A stretch of DNA of 49,919 bases from an uncultured cyanobacterium. GTDB taxonomy: Bacteria > Cyanobacteriota > Cyanobacteriia > Cyanobacteriales > Microcystaceae. The position numbers and the translations under genes are program-made. Below the pieces are notes generated by a model that did not search any database, had not been told where the DNA came from, and was given only the letters and a program-made list of their open reading frames with translations. The stretch's first letter is position 1. Each line of letters starts with the position of its first letter. This document shows, in pieces, positions 1 through 9,965 of this stretch. The stretch lies in contig CAWEDJ010000026.1 in NCBI GenBank assembly GCA_963807635.1, forward strand, positions 1-49,919, given 5' to 3'.

Positions 1-160
1 TTTGATTGAATAGTATGGTTTTGCGGAGAAGGAGTGGTGATGTTAACTATTTTTTTCATTGAGATGAGAGTTTTAATCCAGATTTCCTGATTTTTCGTGG
101 TTTGATTAAAGAGAGTGGGTTGGGTCGATATGCAAGGTCATCGAAGAGGTCTATCTAGTT

Positions 161-871
161 ATGTCAATACGTCAGGTTTTACGATCGCTCAGTGCCGTTA
201 CGCGATCGCAATCTTTTTTACTGAGTATGGGCTTGGGTGTTATTGCACTCTCAGCCGTAGCGGTGGCTAATACGAAAACGCTGAAATCCATTCCTGAACC
301 TGTTGTTAAAAGTTCAATCGTGGCGAGCCAAGGAAAACAAGTTGCTGTGTTTGCTGGGGGATGTTTCTGGGGGGTGGAAGCGGTTTTTGAACACGTTAAG
401 GGGGTAACAAATGTCGTTTCTGGATTTTCAGGTGGTAGTTCGGCAACAGCCAATTATGACAAGGTGAGCGGGGGAGATACGGGACACGCTGAAGCGGTGG
501 AAGTTACCTATAATCCGAAGCAAGTGAGTTATGGTCAATTATTAAAAGTCTTTTTTGCTGTGGCCCATGATCCGACTCAACGCGATCGCCAAGGTCCCGA
601 TTGGGGAACACAGTATCGTTCGGCTATCTTTTTTGTCAATAGTGACCAAAAAAAAGTGGCTGAAAGTTATATTAGACAGTTGAATCAGAAAAAAGTTTTC
701 CCGAATCCGATTGTTACGGAGGTGTCTGCATTAAACGCTTTTTACTTTGCTGAGGAGTACCATCAGAATTTTATTCAACATAACCCAACCTATCCCTATG
801 TCGTTGTCCACGATTTGCCGAAGTTGGAGGCGTTGAAAAAACAGTTTCCTGATTTCTATCGCTCTAATTGA
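161..871 (+). CDS. msrA: Peptide-methionine (S)-sulfoxide reductase with N-terminal signal/anchor
   Basis: GGCFWGVE catalytic motif, GHAEAV, QYRSAIF and AEEYHQ motifs; hydrophobic N-terminus. Confidence 0.95.
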   Translation: MSIRQVLRSLSAVTRSQSFLLSMGLGVIALSAVAVANTKTLKSIPEPVVKSSIVASQGKQVAVFAGGCFWGVEAVFEHVKGVTNVVSGFSGGSSATANYDKVSGGDTGHAEAVEVTYNPKQVSYGQLLKVFFAVAHDPTQRDRQGPDWGTQYRSAIFFVNSDQKKVAESYIRQLNQKKVFPNPIVTEVSALNAFYFAEEYHQNFIQHNPTYPYVVVHDLPKLEALKKQFPDFYRSN

Positions 872-897
872 AAGGGAAATAGCCATACCATCAAAAA

Positions 898-1284
898 TTA
901 AGGAGTGTGATGTTTTAGAAATTCCCGTAATCTGAGCAGACTAAGGGTTTGTCCTAAATTTAGGGGTAATAACGAAATTCCTTCTAAACGAGACTGAACC
1001 CAGCCATCTCCCCAATACCATTCGTGATAGCCGTCAATACTTTGGCTTAAAAGCAGTCTGATATGATTTTCGCCGACTCGTTCAACTTGATGCTCAACGG
1101 TAATCGACCCTAACCGACTGGTAAAGGTTAATGCTTGTTCTAGGGTTTCGGGTAAGCCTGGGGAAAGGGTTTGAGGCGTTAACCATTGGCGTAGAGTGGA
1201 AACCGTCAGCAAACTATCCTTGATGGAATGGGCATTGGCATCAAGTTCTATCCGAATCTGACTTTGTTGGAAGGTGCCAAACAT
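898..1284 (-). CDS. Conserved hypothetical protein (possible SRPBCC-like fold)
   Basis: 128-aa ORF directly downstream of hemC; fold is a guess. Confidence 0.6.
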   Translation of the reverse strand: MFGTFQQSQIRIELDANAHSIKDSLLTVSTLRQWLTPQTLSPGLPETLEQALTFTSRLGSITVEHQVERVGENHIRLLLSQSIDGYHEWYWGDGWVQSRLEGISLLPLNLGQTLSLLRLREFLKHHTP

Positions 1285-1325
1285 AGGAATTAAGCCGTTT
1301 AGGATTTACATATTCAAAATCTTAA

Positions 1326-2288
1326 CTAACTTCGATCAATTTCTGCCAGGATTTCAGCGAGAATTTCACCTGCTCCTTCATCTCTGAGACGATCAGCGAG
1401 GATTTTACCTAATTGGTCTGCGGTTTCAGCAGGGCCACTGACGCTATCTTTTACCAGGCGTTGACCATCTAAACTGGAAACAATTCCTGTTAAAGTGAGG
1501 ATATTTTCCTCAATATTCGTATTAACACCGATGGGAACCTGACAACCGCCTTCTAGCTCTCTGAGAAATGACCGTTCTGCAAAACAGCGATCGCGGGTTT
1601 CAGCATCTTCTAACACTTTGAGAATTTCTAGTATTTCGGGATCATCAGTGCGACATTCAATGCCTAAAGCTCCTTGCCCAACCGCATGAAGGGAAATTTC
1701 GGCGGGAATGGTTTGGTGGATGCGATCGCCCATGTCTAAACGTTGCAAACCTGCCACCGCCAGAATAATGGCATCATATTCGCCCGAATCTAATTTAGCC
1801 AGACGAGTATTGACGTTACCGCGCACATCTTTAAAGACAAAATGGGGAAAGTGATGACGCAATTGGGCTAATCGTCGCAGGGAAGAAGTTCCAATGACTG
1901 CGCCTTCGGGTAGGGTGTCTAGCTGTTTATCCTTATGTTTTTCATGGACAACGAGGGCATCGGCGGGATCGACTCGTTTCGTCACACAACCGAGCATTAA
2001 GCCTTCGGGTAAGTTGGTCGGTAAATCTTTGAGGGAATGAACAGCCAGATCCGTGCGTTTCTCTAGCATTCCCACTTCTAATTCTTTGGTAAATAGTCCT
2101 TTATCGCCAATTTTAGCTAGGGCAACGTCTAATATAATGTCGCCTTGGGTATTCATGGTTTCTACTTCAAAGGTTCTATCGGGGAAATGCTTTTGTAATT
2201 CCTGCTGTACCCAGTAGGTTTGGACTAGGGCTAGTTGGCTTTTACGCGACCCAATGCGGATGGTGCGGGGGGAAGTAGAAACGGTCAT
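1326..2288 (-). CDS. hemC: Hydroxymethylbilane synthase (porphobilinogen deaminase)
   Basis: [33 protein letters not shown] and [10 protein letters not shown] motifs. Confidence 0.98.
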   Translation of the reverse strand: MTVSTSPRTIRIGSRKSQLALVQTYWVQQELQKHFPDRTFEVETMNTQGDIILDVALAKIGDKGLFTKELEVGMLEKRTDLAVHSLKDLPTNLPEGLMLGCVTKRVDPADALVVHEKHKDKQLDTLPEGAVIGTSSLRRLAQLRHHFPHFVFKDVRGNVNTRLAKLDSGEYDAIILAVAGLQRLDMGDRIHQTIPAEISLHAVGQGALGIECRTDDPEILEILKVLEDAETRDRCFAERSFLRELEGGCQVPIGVNTNIEENILTLTGIVSSLDGQRLVKDSVSGPAETADQLGKILADRLRDEGAGEILAEILAEIDRS

Positions 2289-2364
2289 GAGGGTTTAGGG
2301 ATAAGGTCTTTTTTTCACTTTTTCGATCATATCATCCGTTGGAACGCTTAGGTGGTTTCCATTT

Positions 2365-2475
2365 GTGCGATCGCGGTTTATTCTGGACGCAACGGCTCAA
2401 CAAATTGAAGGACTCAATGCTCGCACTGATCAACTTCAACGTGCGGTTGAATATCTTTTGAGTCAGGATCATTGA
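2365..2475 (+). pseudogene. 36-codon small ORF or remnant homologous to the C-terminus of ORF 49629..49868
   Basis: Manual translation: (V/M)RSRFILDATAQQIEGLNARTDQLQRAVEYLLSQDH* versus RFVEATAQQIEESKARTAQLQQGMDQLQRAVGYLLSQDR*. Confidence 0.7.
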
Positions 2476-2565
2476 AGCGAAATCCATTGATGTTTTTAGC
2501 AGTAGAAGGAAAGATTAGGCACAATTTTTTTTTGACACAGCCCTTAAACTTGTGGTTAATCAAAA

Positions 2566-3678
2566 ATGTTGTCTATCCTTATCAACTGGCTTATGATTAC
2601 TCGCCACAATTGGCCGCGAACTTTGGAGGGAATTCTGATTCCCTTGGGGGCCGTTTTAGTCGCACTCCTGATCTTTGGTCTTTTTTGTGCCACGATGGGC
2701 GCGAATCCCTTTGCTGTCTATGGATCAATCTATAAAGCCGCCTTTGGAAACTGGAGTTCTTTTCAAAATACCCTGATTCGTGCGTCTCCTTTAATGTTGA
2801 GCGCGCTCTGTACCGCTATTCCTGCCCGTTTAGGATTGGTGATTATTGGGAATGAAGGGGCTTTGGTGATGGGGGGACTCGGTGCAATTGCTATTGGGTT
2901 AACCCTAGCATCCGCTCCACCCCTAGTTTCTCAAATTGGTATGGCCTTGGCGGGAATGCTCGCAGGGGGACTCTGGATTATGATTGTGGGAGCTTTGCGT
3001 CATTATCGGGCGGTCAATGAAACCATTAGTAGTTTGTTGATGAATTATATTGCGATCGCGATTTTGAATCATTTAGTCAATGGCCCCATGCGCGATCCGA
3101 GTTCTCTGAATAAACCTTCGACTTTTCCCATTCCTGATGTGAATATGTTGGGCAGTTTGCCTGGAACTCGCATTCATTACGGATTGATCTATGGACTCAT
3201 TGCCTGTGCGATCGCCTATTTCTTAATTCAACGCACGACTTTTGGGTTTGCCGCCAGGACAGTGGGGGGAAATATTCAAGCGGCCCGTTTAGCAGGTTTA
3301 CCAGTGGGCAAATTAACCCTCATTATTTGTTTTCTCGCGGGTTCCTGTGCAGGTTTGGCGGGAATGGTCGAAGTTGCCGCTATTCATGGACGAGCCAATG
3401 AATCTCTCAATGCTAACTATGGTTACGGGGGAATTTTGGTTGCCTTTATTGCCCGACAAAATCCCCTAGCGGCAGCGGTTATTTCTATCTTATTAGGGGG
3501 GATTTTAACCAGTGGCGGCATTCTACAACGGGTTCATTCCCTGCCTGATGCGACGGTGTTACTCTTCCAAGGGCTGGTCTTTTTGGTCGTGTTGTACAGT
3601 GAATCGCTCTACGGAAAATTTGCTATTTTTCAAGAAAAGGAAAAATCCGATACTTCTTCCCCTGCAATTGCCGTGTAA
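2566..3678 (+). CDS. ABC transporter permease (nucleoside/BMP-type, subunit 1)
   Basis: Multi-TM protein with IGNEGAL, VNETISSLLMNYIA and GYGGILVAFIAR motifs. Confidence 0.9.
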   Translation: MLSILINWLMITRHNWPRTLEGILIPLGAVLVALLIFGLFCATMGANPFAVYGSIYKAAFGNWSSFQNTLIRASPLMLSALCTAIPARLGLVIIGNEGALVMGGLGAIAIGLTLASAPPLVSQIGMALAGMLAGGLWIMIVGALRHYRAVNETISSLLMNYIAIAILNHLVNGPMRDPSSLNKPSTFPIPDVNMLGSLPGTRIHYGLIYGLIACAIAYFLIQRTTFGFAARTVGGNIQAARLAGLPVGKLTLIICFLAGSCAGLAGMVEVAAIHGRANESLNANYGYGGILVAFIARQNPLAAAVISILLGGILTSGGILQRVHSLPDATVLLFQGLVFLVVLYSESLYGKFAIFQEKEKSDTSSPAIAV

Positions 3679-3714
3679 ATTTTAAACATCAAATCTAAAT
3701 TTAACCATAAAACA

Positions 3715-4641
3715 ATGACAACAGAAGCGATCGGTTGGTGGGGCGTTCCTCTCGGCATTTTAGGCGGAACCTTGCGGGGTAGCGCACCTTTTCTCTTTGT
3801 TAGTTTGGGGGAATGCCTCACGGAAAAGAGCGGCAAAATTAATCTCGGACTAGAGGGAACCTTACTTACGGGAGCCATGACGGCCTACGCGGTTTCCTAT
3901 ACAACAGGTTCTGCTTGGGTCGGCGTAATTGCGGCGGGTTTAATGGGCATGGTTTTGGGGGGAATTCACGGTTGGCTCTGTCAGCAACCCAGGGTCAACG
4001 ATGTGGCGGTTGGTATTGCCATGATTATTTTCGGCAGTGGCATCGCCTTTTTCTTCGGTAAACCCTTTATTCAACCCCAAGCTCCCCAATTACCCTCTAT
4101 CGAATTAGGCGGTTGGACTGGTATTTCTTCCGTTCAATCTGCCTTAGAAATTTGTCCTTTGTTTCTGGTCGGTGTGGCGATCGCGCCTTTGATGAATTGG
4201 TTTTTCCGTTCAACTCGTTGGGGCTTATACGTTCGTGCCGTTGGGGATAGTCCCGATGCCGCTAGAGCAATGGGTTTATCGATCTTTAAGGTACGGATGT
4301 TGAGCATTATTTTAGGCAGTTTTTTAGCAGGCATTGGTGGAGCCTATCTTTCCCTTTATTATCCAGGCGTTTGGAATGAACGAATTTCCAGTGGTCAGGG
4401 ACTCATGGCTGTAGCTCTCGTGATTTTTGCCCGTTGGAATCCCATTCAATGTCTCTATGCGTCTTTACTGTTTGGTGGTGCCCAGGCAATCGGCCCCGCG
4501 TTGCAATCCGTTGGAGTGGATTCCTATTATTATCTTTGGAATGCTTCGCCCTATATTTTGACCCTGGCCATTATGATTATCACTTGTTCACCGAAACGAA
4601 CCCTCAGTAATGCCCCTGGTGCTTTAGGAACTGACCATTAA
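3715..4641 (+). CDS. ABC transporter permease (nucleoside/BMP-type, subunit 2)
   Basis: EKSGKINLGLEG, VRAVGDSPDAARAMG and GQGLMAVALVIFARWNP motifs. Confidence 0.9.
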   Translation: MTTEAIGWWGVPLGILGGTLRGSAPFLFVSLGECLTEKSGKINLGLEGTLLTGAMTAYAVSYTTGSAWVGVIAAGLMGMVLGGIHGWLCQQPRVNDVAVGIAMIIFGSGIAFFFGKPFIQPQAPQLPSIELGGWTGISSVQSALEICPLFLVGVAIAPLMNWFFRSTRWGLYVRAVGDSPDAARAMGLSIFKVRMLSIILGSFLAGIGGAYLSLYYPGVWNERISSGQGLMAVALVIFARWNPIQCLYASLLFGGAQAIGPALQSVGVDSYYYLWNASPYILTLAIMIITCSPKRTLSNAPGALGTDH

Positions 4642-4651
4642 TTGAAAAACT

Positions 4652-5050
4652 ATGACTGAAACTTTGCCCCTTGCTGTCAATGGAACCCTCATGCGGGGAC
4701 TGGAACTCAATCCTAATCTCCTCAATGTGGGAGCGACTTTTCTACGGGAAGCCCAAACAGAAAGTGCCTATCGTTTATTTTCGATTAATGACATTCATCC
4801 CGCGATGTTACGGGTCAAAACGGGCGGAAAGGCGATCGCGGTAGAAATTTGGTCTGTCCCCTCAGCAGGATTAGGCAAAATTTTAATGCAAGAACCCCCA
4901 GGACTTTCTATTGGCAAAGTCACCTTGATCGATGGGGAAGTCGTTTTAGGAGTCATCGGCGAACCCATTTGCTGTGAAAGTGGTCTAGAAATCACTGAAT
5001 ACGGCGGTTGGCGCGAATATATTAAAACTAAATCTGAGGTTAGAAATTAA
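4652..5050 (+). CDS. Gamma-glutamylcyclotransferase-like / allophanate hydrolase C-terminal domain-like protein
   Basis: LAVNGTLMRG start, EPPGLSIGKVTL and ITEYGGWREY resemble the AtzF C-terminal domain. Confidence 0.75.
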   Translation: MTETLPLAVNGTLMRGLELNPNLLNVGATFLREAQTESAYRLFSINDIHPAMLRVKTGGKAIAVEIWSVPSAGLGKILMQEPPGLSIGKVTLIDGEVVLGVIGEPICCESGLEITEYGGWREYIKTKSEVRN

Positions 5051-5101
5051 CAAGGGGCTTAAGCCCCTTGCCTGTATGCGTTTTAGATAATGAACAGCTT
5101 A
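5048..5101 (+). mobile_element. Partial copy (right half) of the ~103-bp MITE-like element
   Basis: CAAGGGGCTTAAGCCCCTTG palindrome followed by TTAGATAATGAACAGCTTA end shared with the other copies. Confidence 0.75.
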
Positions 5102-5144
5102 AAACCAAATATCCAAGAAATTAACTCAATTTAGGAGAAAAAAG

Positions 5145-5837
5145 ATGACTTATTTTGTAAAAGCCGAACCCTATGCCTATCCCTACAATGGTGATTTACG
5201 CCCTGACAATACGGCTCTAATTATTATTGATATGCAAACCGATTTTTGTGGGGTCGGGGGTTATGTCGATAAAATGGGTTACGATTTATCCCTCACCCGT
5301 GCGCCCATTGAACCCATTAAAAAAGTGCTAACTGTCTTTCGAGAAAAGGGTTTTCTGATTATCCATACTCGCGAAGGTCATCGACCTGATCTCTCGGATT
5401 TACCTGACAATAAACGGTGGCGCAGTCAGCAAATTGGTGCAGGAATTGGCGATCCTGGCCCCTGTGGCAGAATTTTAACAAGAGGTGAAAAGGGCTGGGA
5501 AATTATCGAAGAATTAGCTCCCTTACCAGGGGAACTGATTATTGATAAACCTGGTAAAGGGTCTTTTTATGCGACGGATTTAGACCTGATTCTTAAACTT
5601 AAGGGGATTCAAAATATTATCCTGACGGGCATTACGACCGATGTTTGCGTCCACACGACCATGCGAGATGCTAATGATCGGGGCTATGAATGTCTGATGT
5701 TGTCGGATTGCACAGGCGCGACGGATTATGGTAACTATGAGGCGGCTTTAAAGATGATTAAAATGCAAGGCGGAGTTTTTGGGGCAGTTAGTGATTCCGC
5801 CAGTTTACTCAACGCGATCGCGGCTAATCTTCAGTAA
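5145..5837 (+). CDS. biuH: Biuret amidohydrolase (isochorismatase-like cysteine hydrolase)
   Basis: D-K-C triad ([22 protein letters not shown]) and KMQGG motif; closely matches the recalled rhizobial BiuH sequence. Confidence 0.85.
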   Translation: MTYFVKAEPYAYPYNGDLRPDNTALIIIDMQTDFCGVGGYVDKMGYDLSLTRAPIEPIKKVLTVFREKGFLIIHTREGHRPDLSDLPDNKRWRSQQIGAGIGDPGPCGRILTRGEKGWEIIEELAPLPGELIIDKPGKGSFYATDLDLILKLKGIQNIILTGITTDVCVHTTMRDANDRGYECLMLSDCTGATDYGNYEAALKMIKMQGGVFGAVSDSASLLNAIAANLQ

Positions 5838-5852
5838 ACGAATGATAACCAT

Positions 5853-7073
5853 CTAAGCCGTTCTCAGAGCCACAATGGGATCTAGACCTGCGGCCCGTTG
5901 AGCAGGAATGACTCCAAAAATAAGCCCAATACTGCTCGAAATCCCCAGGGATAACAAGATGGCAATGCCTGAAATCCCTGGAGAAAGGGGAGAAATTAAG
6001 CCGATCACTAAAACGAATCCTGACCCGATCGCGACCCCGACAAGGCCCCCGACCACAGACAAAATCACTGCCTCAATTAAAAATTGCATCAAAATATCAT
6101 TTTTCCCCGCTCCGACCGCTTTTCGGAGGCCGATTTCCTGGGTTCTTTCGGTTACGGAGACCAACATAATATTCATGACTCCGATACCGCCCACAATTAA
6201 AGAAATACTCGCGATCGCGGCCAGCATAATGGTTAATCCACCACTAACAGTACTGACAACTTCTAACATTTGTTTGGCAGTAGAAACCCCAAAATCATCC
6301 TCATCGTTTTTAATTTTATGACGTAAACGGATCAGGTTTTCGATTTGAAATTGAGCCGCTCGAATCGTTTCTTCATTTTTAGCTTTCACATTAATCCAAC
6401 TCAATTCAATTCCAAAAGGAGAAGTCCGACCTACAATTTGACTCACCATTGTTGTTAGGGGAATAAAGACCGATTCATCCTGATTACTCCCTAAAAAAGA
6501 GCCTTTTTCCTGCATCACTCCCACAATTTCAAAGTTAATATTGTTAAGACGAATTTGTTGACCAATGGGATTTTGGGTCTTAAAAAAACGGTTCGCAATT
6601 TCAGTCCCAATCACCGCAATTCGTTTATTTCGTTCTAAATCCATCGGTTTTAAAAAACGTCCTTTATCTACATAGAAACTGCGAATTTCTTCATATTCTG
6701 GCGTAGTCCCGATGATCATTCCATTGGTGTTTTGATTACGATAGCTCATCAGTTGTCGGCGATTAATCTCTGGCGCGACTCCTGCAACGGTCGGTACTTG
6801 TTCGGCGATCGCTTCGGCATCGGCTAAAACGAGGGTACGGGGGAGATCAAAGGTTGCATTACGGGCTTTACGAGAGCCAGGTAAAACAAACATGACATTC
6901 GGCCTCAGATCGGATAATTTTTCTGTGGCGAGTTTCTGCGCTCCTTGCCCAATGCCAATCATGGCGATCACAGAAGCATTGCCAATAATAATGCCCAACA
7001 TGGTGAGAGTACTGCGGAGTTTGTTGGCCATCAGCATGGATGAAGCCATTTTTAAACTTTCTACAAATTCCAT
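5853..7073 (-). CDS. MacB/FtsX-family ABC transporter permease
   Basis: LRSTLTMLGIIIG, GGIGVMNIMLVSVTERTQEIGLRKAVGA and LDPIVALR motifs. Confidence 0.93.
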   Translation of the reverse strand: MEFVESLKMASSMLMANKLRSTLTMLGIIIGNASVIAMIGIGQGAQKLATEKLSDLRPNVMFVLPGSRKARNATFDLPRTLVLADAEAIAEQVPTVAGVAPEINRRQLMSYRNQNTNGMIIGTTPEYEEIRSFYVDKGRFLKPMDLERNKRIAVIGTEIANRFFKTQNPIGQQIRLNNINFEIVGVMQEKGSFLGSNQDESVFIPLTTMVSQIVGRTSPFGIELSWINVKAKNEETIRAAQFQIENLIRLRHKIKNDEDDFGVSTAKQMLEVVSTVSGGLTIMLAAIASISLIVGGIGVMNIMLVSVTERTQEIGLRKAVGAGKNDILMQFLIEAVILSVVGGLVGVAIGSGFVLVIGLISPLSPGISGIAILLSLGISSSIGLIFGVIPAQRAAGLDPIVALRTA

Positions 7074-7148
7074 AATCTTAAAAATGTTGTGTTTAATGCT
7101 AGTTGGTTCACAGAAAAACGCGATCGCTGTTCTCAGTGTAAATGAATC

Positions 7149-7493
7149 TCAGAATCGCTTTTTTTTCCAACCTACTGATTTTCCCTGAAAAATTTGCCAA
7201 ATCAAGAATAAACAAGTCAAAAAATAGCCAGAGGTCAATAATCCGTTGAGATAGAGTAACCGCAAACTTAACAAATCCGAGGTTTGCAATCCGCCGAACC
7301 AGAGTAAGCCGTAAGCCAAGAGCCAACCGCTCGTTAATCTGACCGCTAATCGACTGACCGCTTCGGTTTCAGGATTACTCGTTTTTCTATTTAAAACCCA
7401 AATAGAGACGATCGCCCCAAAAACAGGAATAAGATGGATAGATAACTGTAGCTGTTGCAGTTTTTTGTCCTTAAATGGGTCATTTTCTGTCAT
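7149..7493 (-). CDS. Small hypothetical membrane protein
   Basis: Three hydrophobic segments; probable start MTENDPF at 7493 because the longer start would overlap mobA. Confidence 0.65.
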   Translation of the reverse strand: MTENDPFKDKKLQQLQLSIHLIPVFGAIVSIWVLNRKTSNPETEAVSRLAVRLTSGWLLAYGLLWFGGLQTSDLLSLRLLYLNGLLTSGYFLTCLFLIWQIFQGKSVGWKKKRF

Positions 7494-8090
7494 GAATAAT
7501 TTCCCCGCGACGAACCTTACTGCTATTATCCTTGCTGGTGGGCAAAGTTCGCGCATGGGTCGGGATAAGGCATTTATTCTGTTTGCGGGCGTTCCTTTTT
7601 TAACGAGAATTTGTCAAACTGCCCAAGGCGTTGCTAGTCGGGTTTTAGTGATCAGTCCCTGGCGATTGCGTTATCAATCCCTAATTCCCCAGGGTTGCGT
7701 TTTTGTAGAAGAGATTCAACCTCAAGAAAATCAATCCCCTGCCCGTTGATCGGTTTTTCCCAAGCCTTACCTTTGGTTAAAACGGAATGGGTTTTGTTAT
7801 TAGCCCAGGATTTACCCTACCTAACCATTGAAATTTTGCAGGAATGGTCACTCAATTTAAAATCCGTTGCACCCGATGCGATCGCCTATTTACCCCGTTC
7901 AGAAAAAAATTGGGAACCCTTATCAGGTTTTTATCGAGTTGATTGTTTACCGTTACTAAATAACTATATAAACAAGGGAGGAAAATCTTTTCAAGGTTTC
8001 TTAAATGAGCATTTGATTGAAGAATTATCTATCGGCGATCGCACTGTATTATTTAATTGCAATACCCCAGAAGATTTGCAAGCACTATAA
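7492..8090 (+). CDS. mobA: Molybdenum cofactor guanylyltransferase, frameshifted near 7741
   Basis: ILAGGQSSRMGRDKA in the first frame; PLIG, DLP, WEPL and FNCNTPED in the second; adding one G restores the GPL motif. Confidence 0.88.
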
Positions 8091-8197
8091 CAATATAATC
8101 ACCAAAAAAAAATCCCTCTGCTTATACAAAAGGAGTTTAAATTTTAGCTATCAACCTTCTAAATAGAAGCAATTTCAATTGCTCACCATTAAATTAA

Positions 8198-9601
8198 TTA
8201 TTCATGATGATGGTCACTACCCCCTCGTTTTCCTGGAAGAATAATATTTAATAACAACGCTGTAACCGCACCTGCTGAAATTCCAGAGGAAAAAATGTCT
8301 TTAATCAATTTAGGCATTTTGTCTAAGGATTCAGGGGCAAAGGTTACTCCTAACGCAAAGGCCAACGAAACCGCGACAATCATTGATGAACGCACATCCA
8401 TTTCCACTGTCCGAAGAATATTAAGTCCAGCAACGGCAACTGAGCCAAACATAATAATGGTTGCTCCTCCCAATACAGGACTAGGAATAGTATTTAAGAC
8501 TCCACCAACAATCGGAAAAAGTCCCAGAAAAATCAGAATGACTGCCAAATAATAACCAATATAACGACTGCCTACGCCTGTGATTTGAATTAATCCGTTG
8601 TTTTGGCTCATGGTCGTGTTGGGAAACGTGCTAAAAACGGATGCCAACATAGAATTAAGTCCATCTCCTAAAATCCCCCCTTTTAGCCGCTTAAAATAAA
8701 GTCCTCCCTTAATCGGCTCTTGCGTCACCATACAAGTGGCGGTAATATCTCCCATACATTCAACGATGGTTGCGACATAAATAATGGCAAAAGGGATAAA
8801 AGCAATGGGATCAAAACCTAAACCAAAGCGGAAAGGGATTGGTAAATTAATAGGTGGTAAACCTTGTAAAGAACTAAAATTTACCATTCCCAAGGGAAGG
8901 GCAATCAAATAGCCTACAATCAATCCAATGACAATTGATCCCATACGGATGTAGCGATTAGCACTAACACTCAAAAAAGTAATTAATAACAAAACAATCA
9001 GGGAAACACTCCAATTTTGAACACTCCCATAGGCATCAGTTCCCATCGTGGCAAATCCACCTGCCATGTCCGTAATTCCCACCTTTATTAAGGTCGTTCC
9101 AATAGAGAGAACAACAATCCCTGTTACCAGAGGCGTAATAATTTTTTGGGCGAAACTCAAAAATTGGCTGAGAATCATTTGGAGTAAAGCACCAAAAAAA
9201 CAAAGTCCAAAGATAAGTCCGAGAGTCGATTCTATGGGTTGACCGTTGGCTTTAGCTCCTAAACCGATCGCAATAATCGGGCCAACAAAGGAAAAACTGG
9301 TTCCTTGGATGCTCAATAAACCTGTGCCAATGGGGCCAATTCGATGGGCTTGAATAAAGGTAGCAACCCCCGAAATAGCCAAAGACATTCCTAGAATCAT
9401 AGAGGTAGTTTTAGCATCAACACCCAGGGCATTGCAAATAATCAGGGGCGGTGTGACAATGGGAACGAAAATCGCCATGACGTGCTGTACGGCAACAAAA
9501 ATCCCTTCGTAGAGGGGCGGCTTATCATTGAGTCCGTAAATTAATTTACTACCTGTTTGGTTCAATCCGTCGTTTTCTAATAATTGATTATCTGTTGTCA
9601 T
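8198..9601 (-). CDS. NCS2/NAT family nucleobase permease, XanQ-like
   Basis: QH in TM1; NAT signature SQNNGLIQITGVGSR; PVLGGA motif. Confidence 0.9.
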   Translation of the reverse strand: MTTDNQLLENDGLNQTGSKLIYGLNDKPPLYEGIFVAVQHVMAIFVPIVTPPLIICNALGVDAKTTSMILGMSLAISGVATFIQAHRIGPIGTGLLSIQGTSFSFVGPIIAIGLGAKANGQPIESTLGLIFGLCFFGALLQMILSQFLSFAQKIITPLVTGIVVLSIGTTLIKVGITDMAGGFATMGTDAYGSVQNWSVSLIVLLLITFLSVSANRYIRMGSIVIGLIVGYLIALPLGMVNFSSLQGLPPINLPIPFRFGLGFDPIAFIPFAIIYVATIVECMGDITATCMVTQEPIKGGLYFKRLKGGILGDGLNSMLASVFSTFPNTTMSQNNGLIQITGVGSRYIGYYLAVILIFLGLFPIVGGVLNTIPSPVLGGATIIMFGSVAVAGLNILRTVEMDVRSSMIVAVSLAFALGVTFAPESLDKMPKLIKDIFSSGISAGAVTALLLNIILPGKRGGSDHHHE

Positions 9602-9805
9602 GGGAAATATTTAAACAATAAAAATAACTATTTTTGGATTGATCGCTACATCAATTGATCCATGATTTTTTTCAAAAGAAAAACGAATAAAGGCTTTACT
9701 CCTTTAATCTAAGGAGATCCATGTCAAAGTCAACTTCTGAAAAAATCATCCTAAGCCTTATTTAATCAAGAATATTGGAATAAAAATCTTGATAGTCTCT
9801 TGTGA

Positions 9806-9846
9806 ATTCTAATGGATTGATCGCGATTCGTTGTATCCAAATACAC
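9806..9846 (-). promoter_or_regulatory. Candidate NtcA-activated promoter for the NCS2 permease
   Basis: Minus strand GTG-N8-TAC (9846-9833), 21-nt spacer, then TAGAAT (9811-9806). Confidence 0.45.
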
Positions 9847-9965
9847 AATGTATACACATTTGTTTGATGCAATAATTGAATAGCTCTACAATCATCAACT
9901 AAGGATTGCTCAATCCGTCCAAGTGCTTTATTGTGACGATAGTTCTGTGTTTTGGGTAGGAAGAG

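Noticed and set aside
7492..9601. mobA plus purine permease as a xanthine dehydrogenase module
   Set aside because: The genes are convergent, no xdh genes are present, and MobA more usually serves nitrate-reductase-type enzymes.
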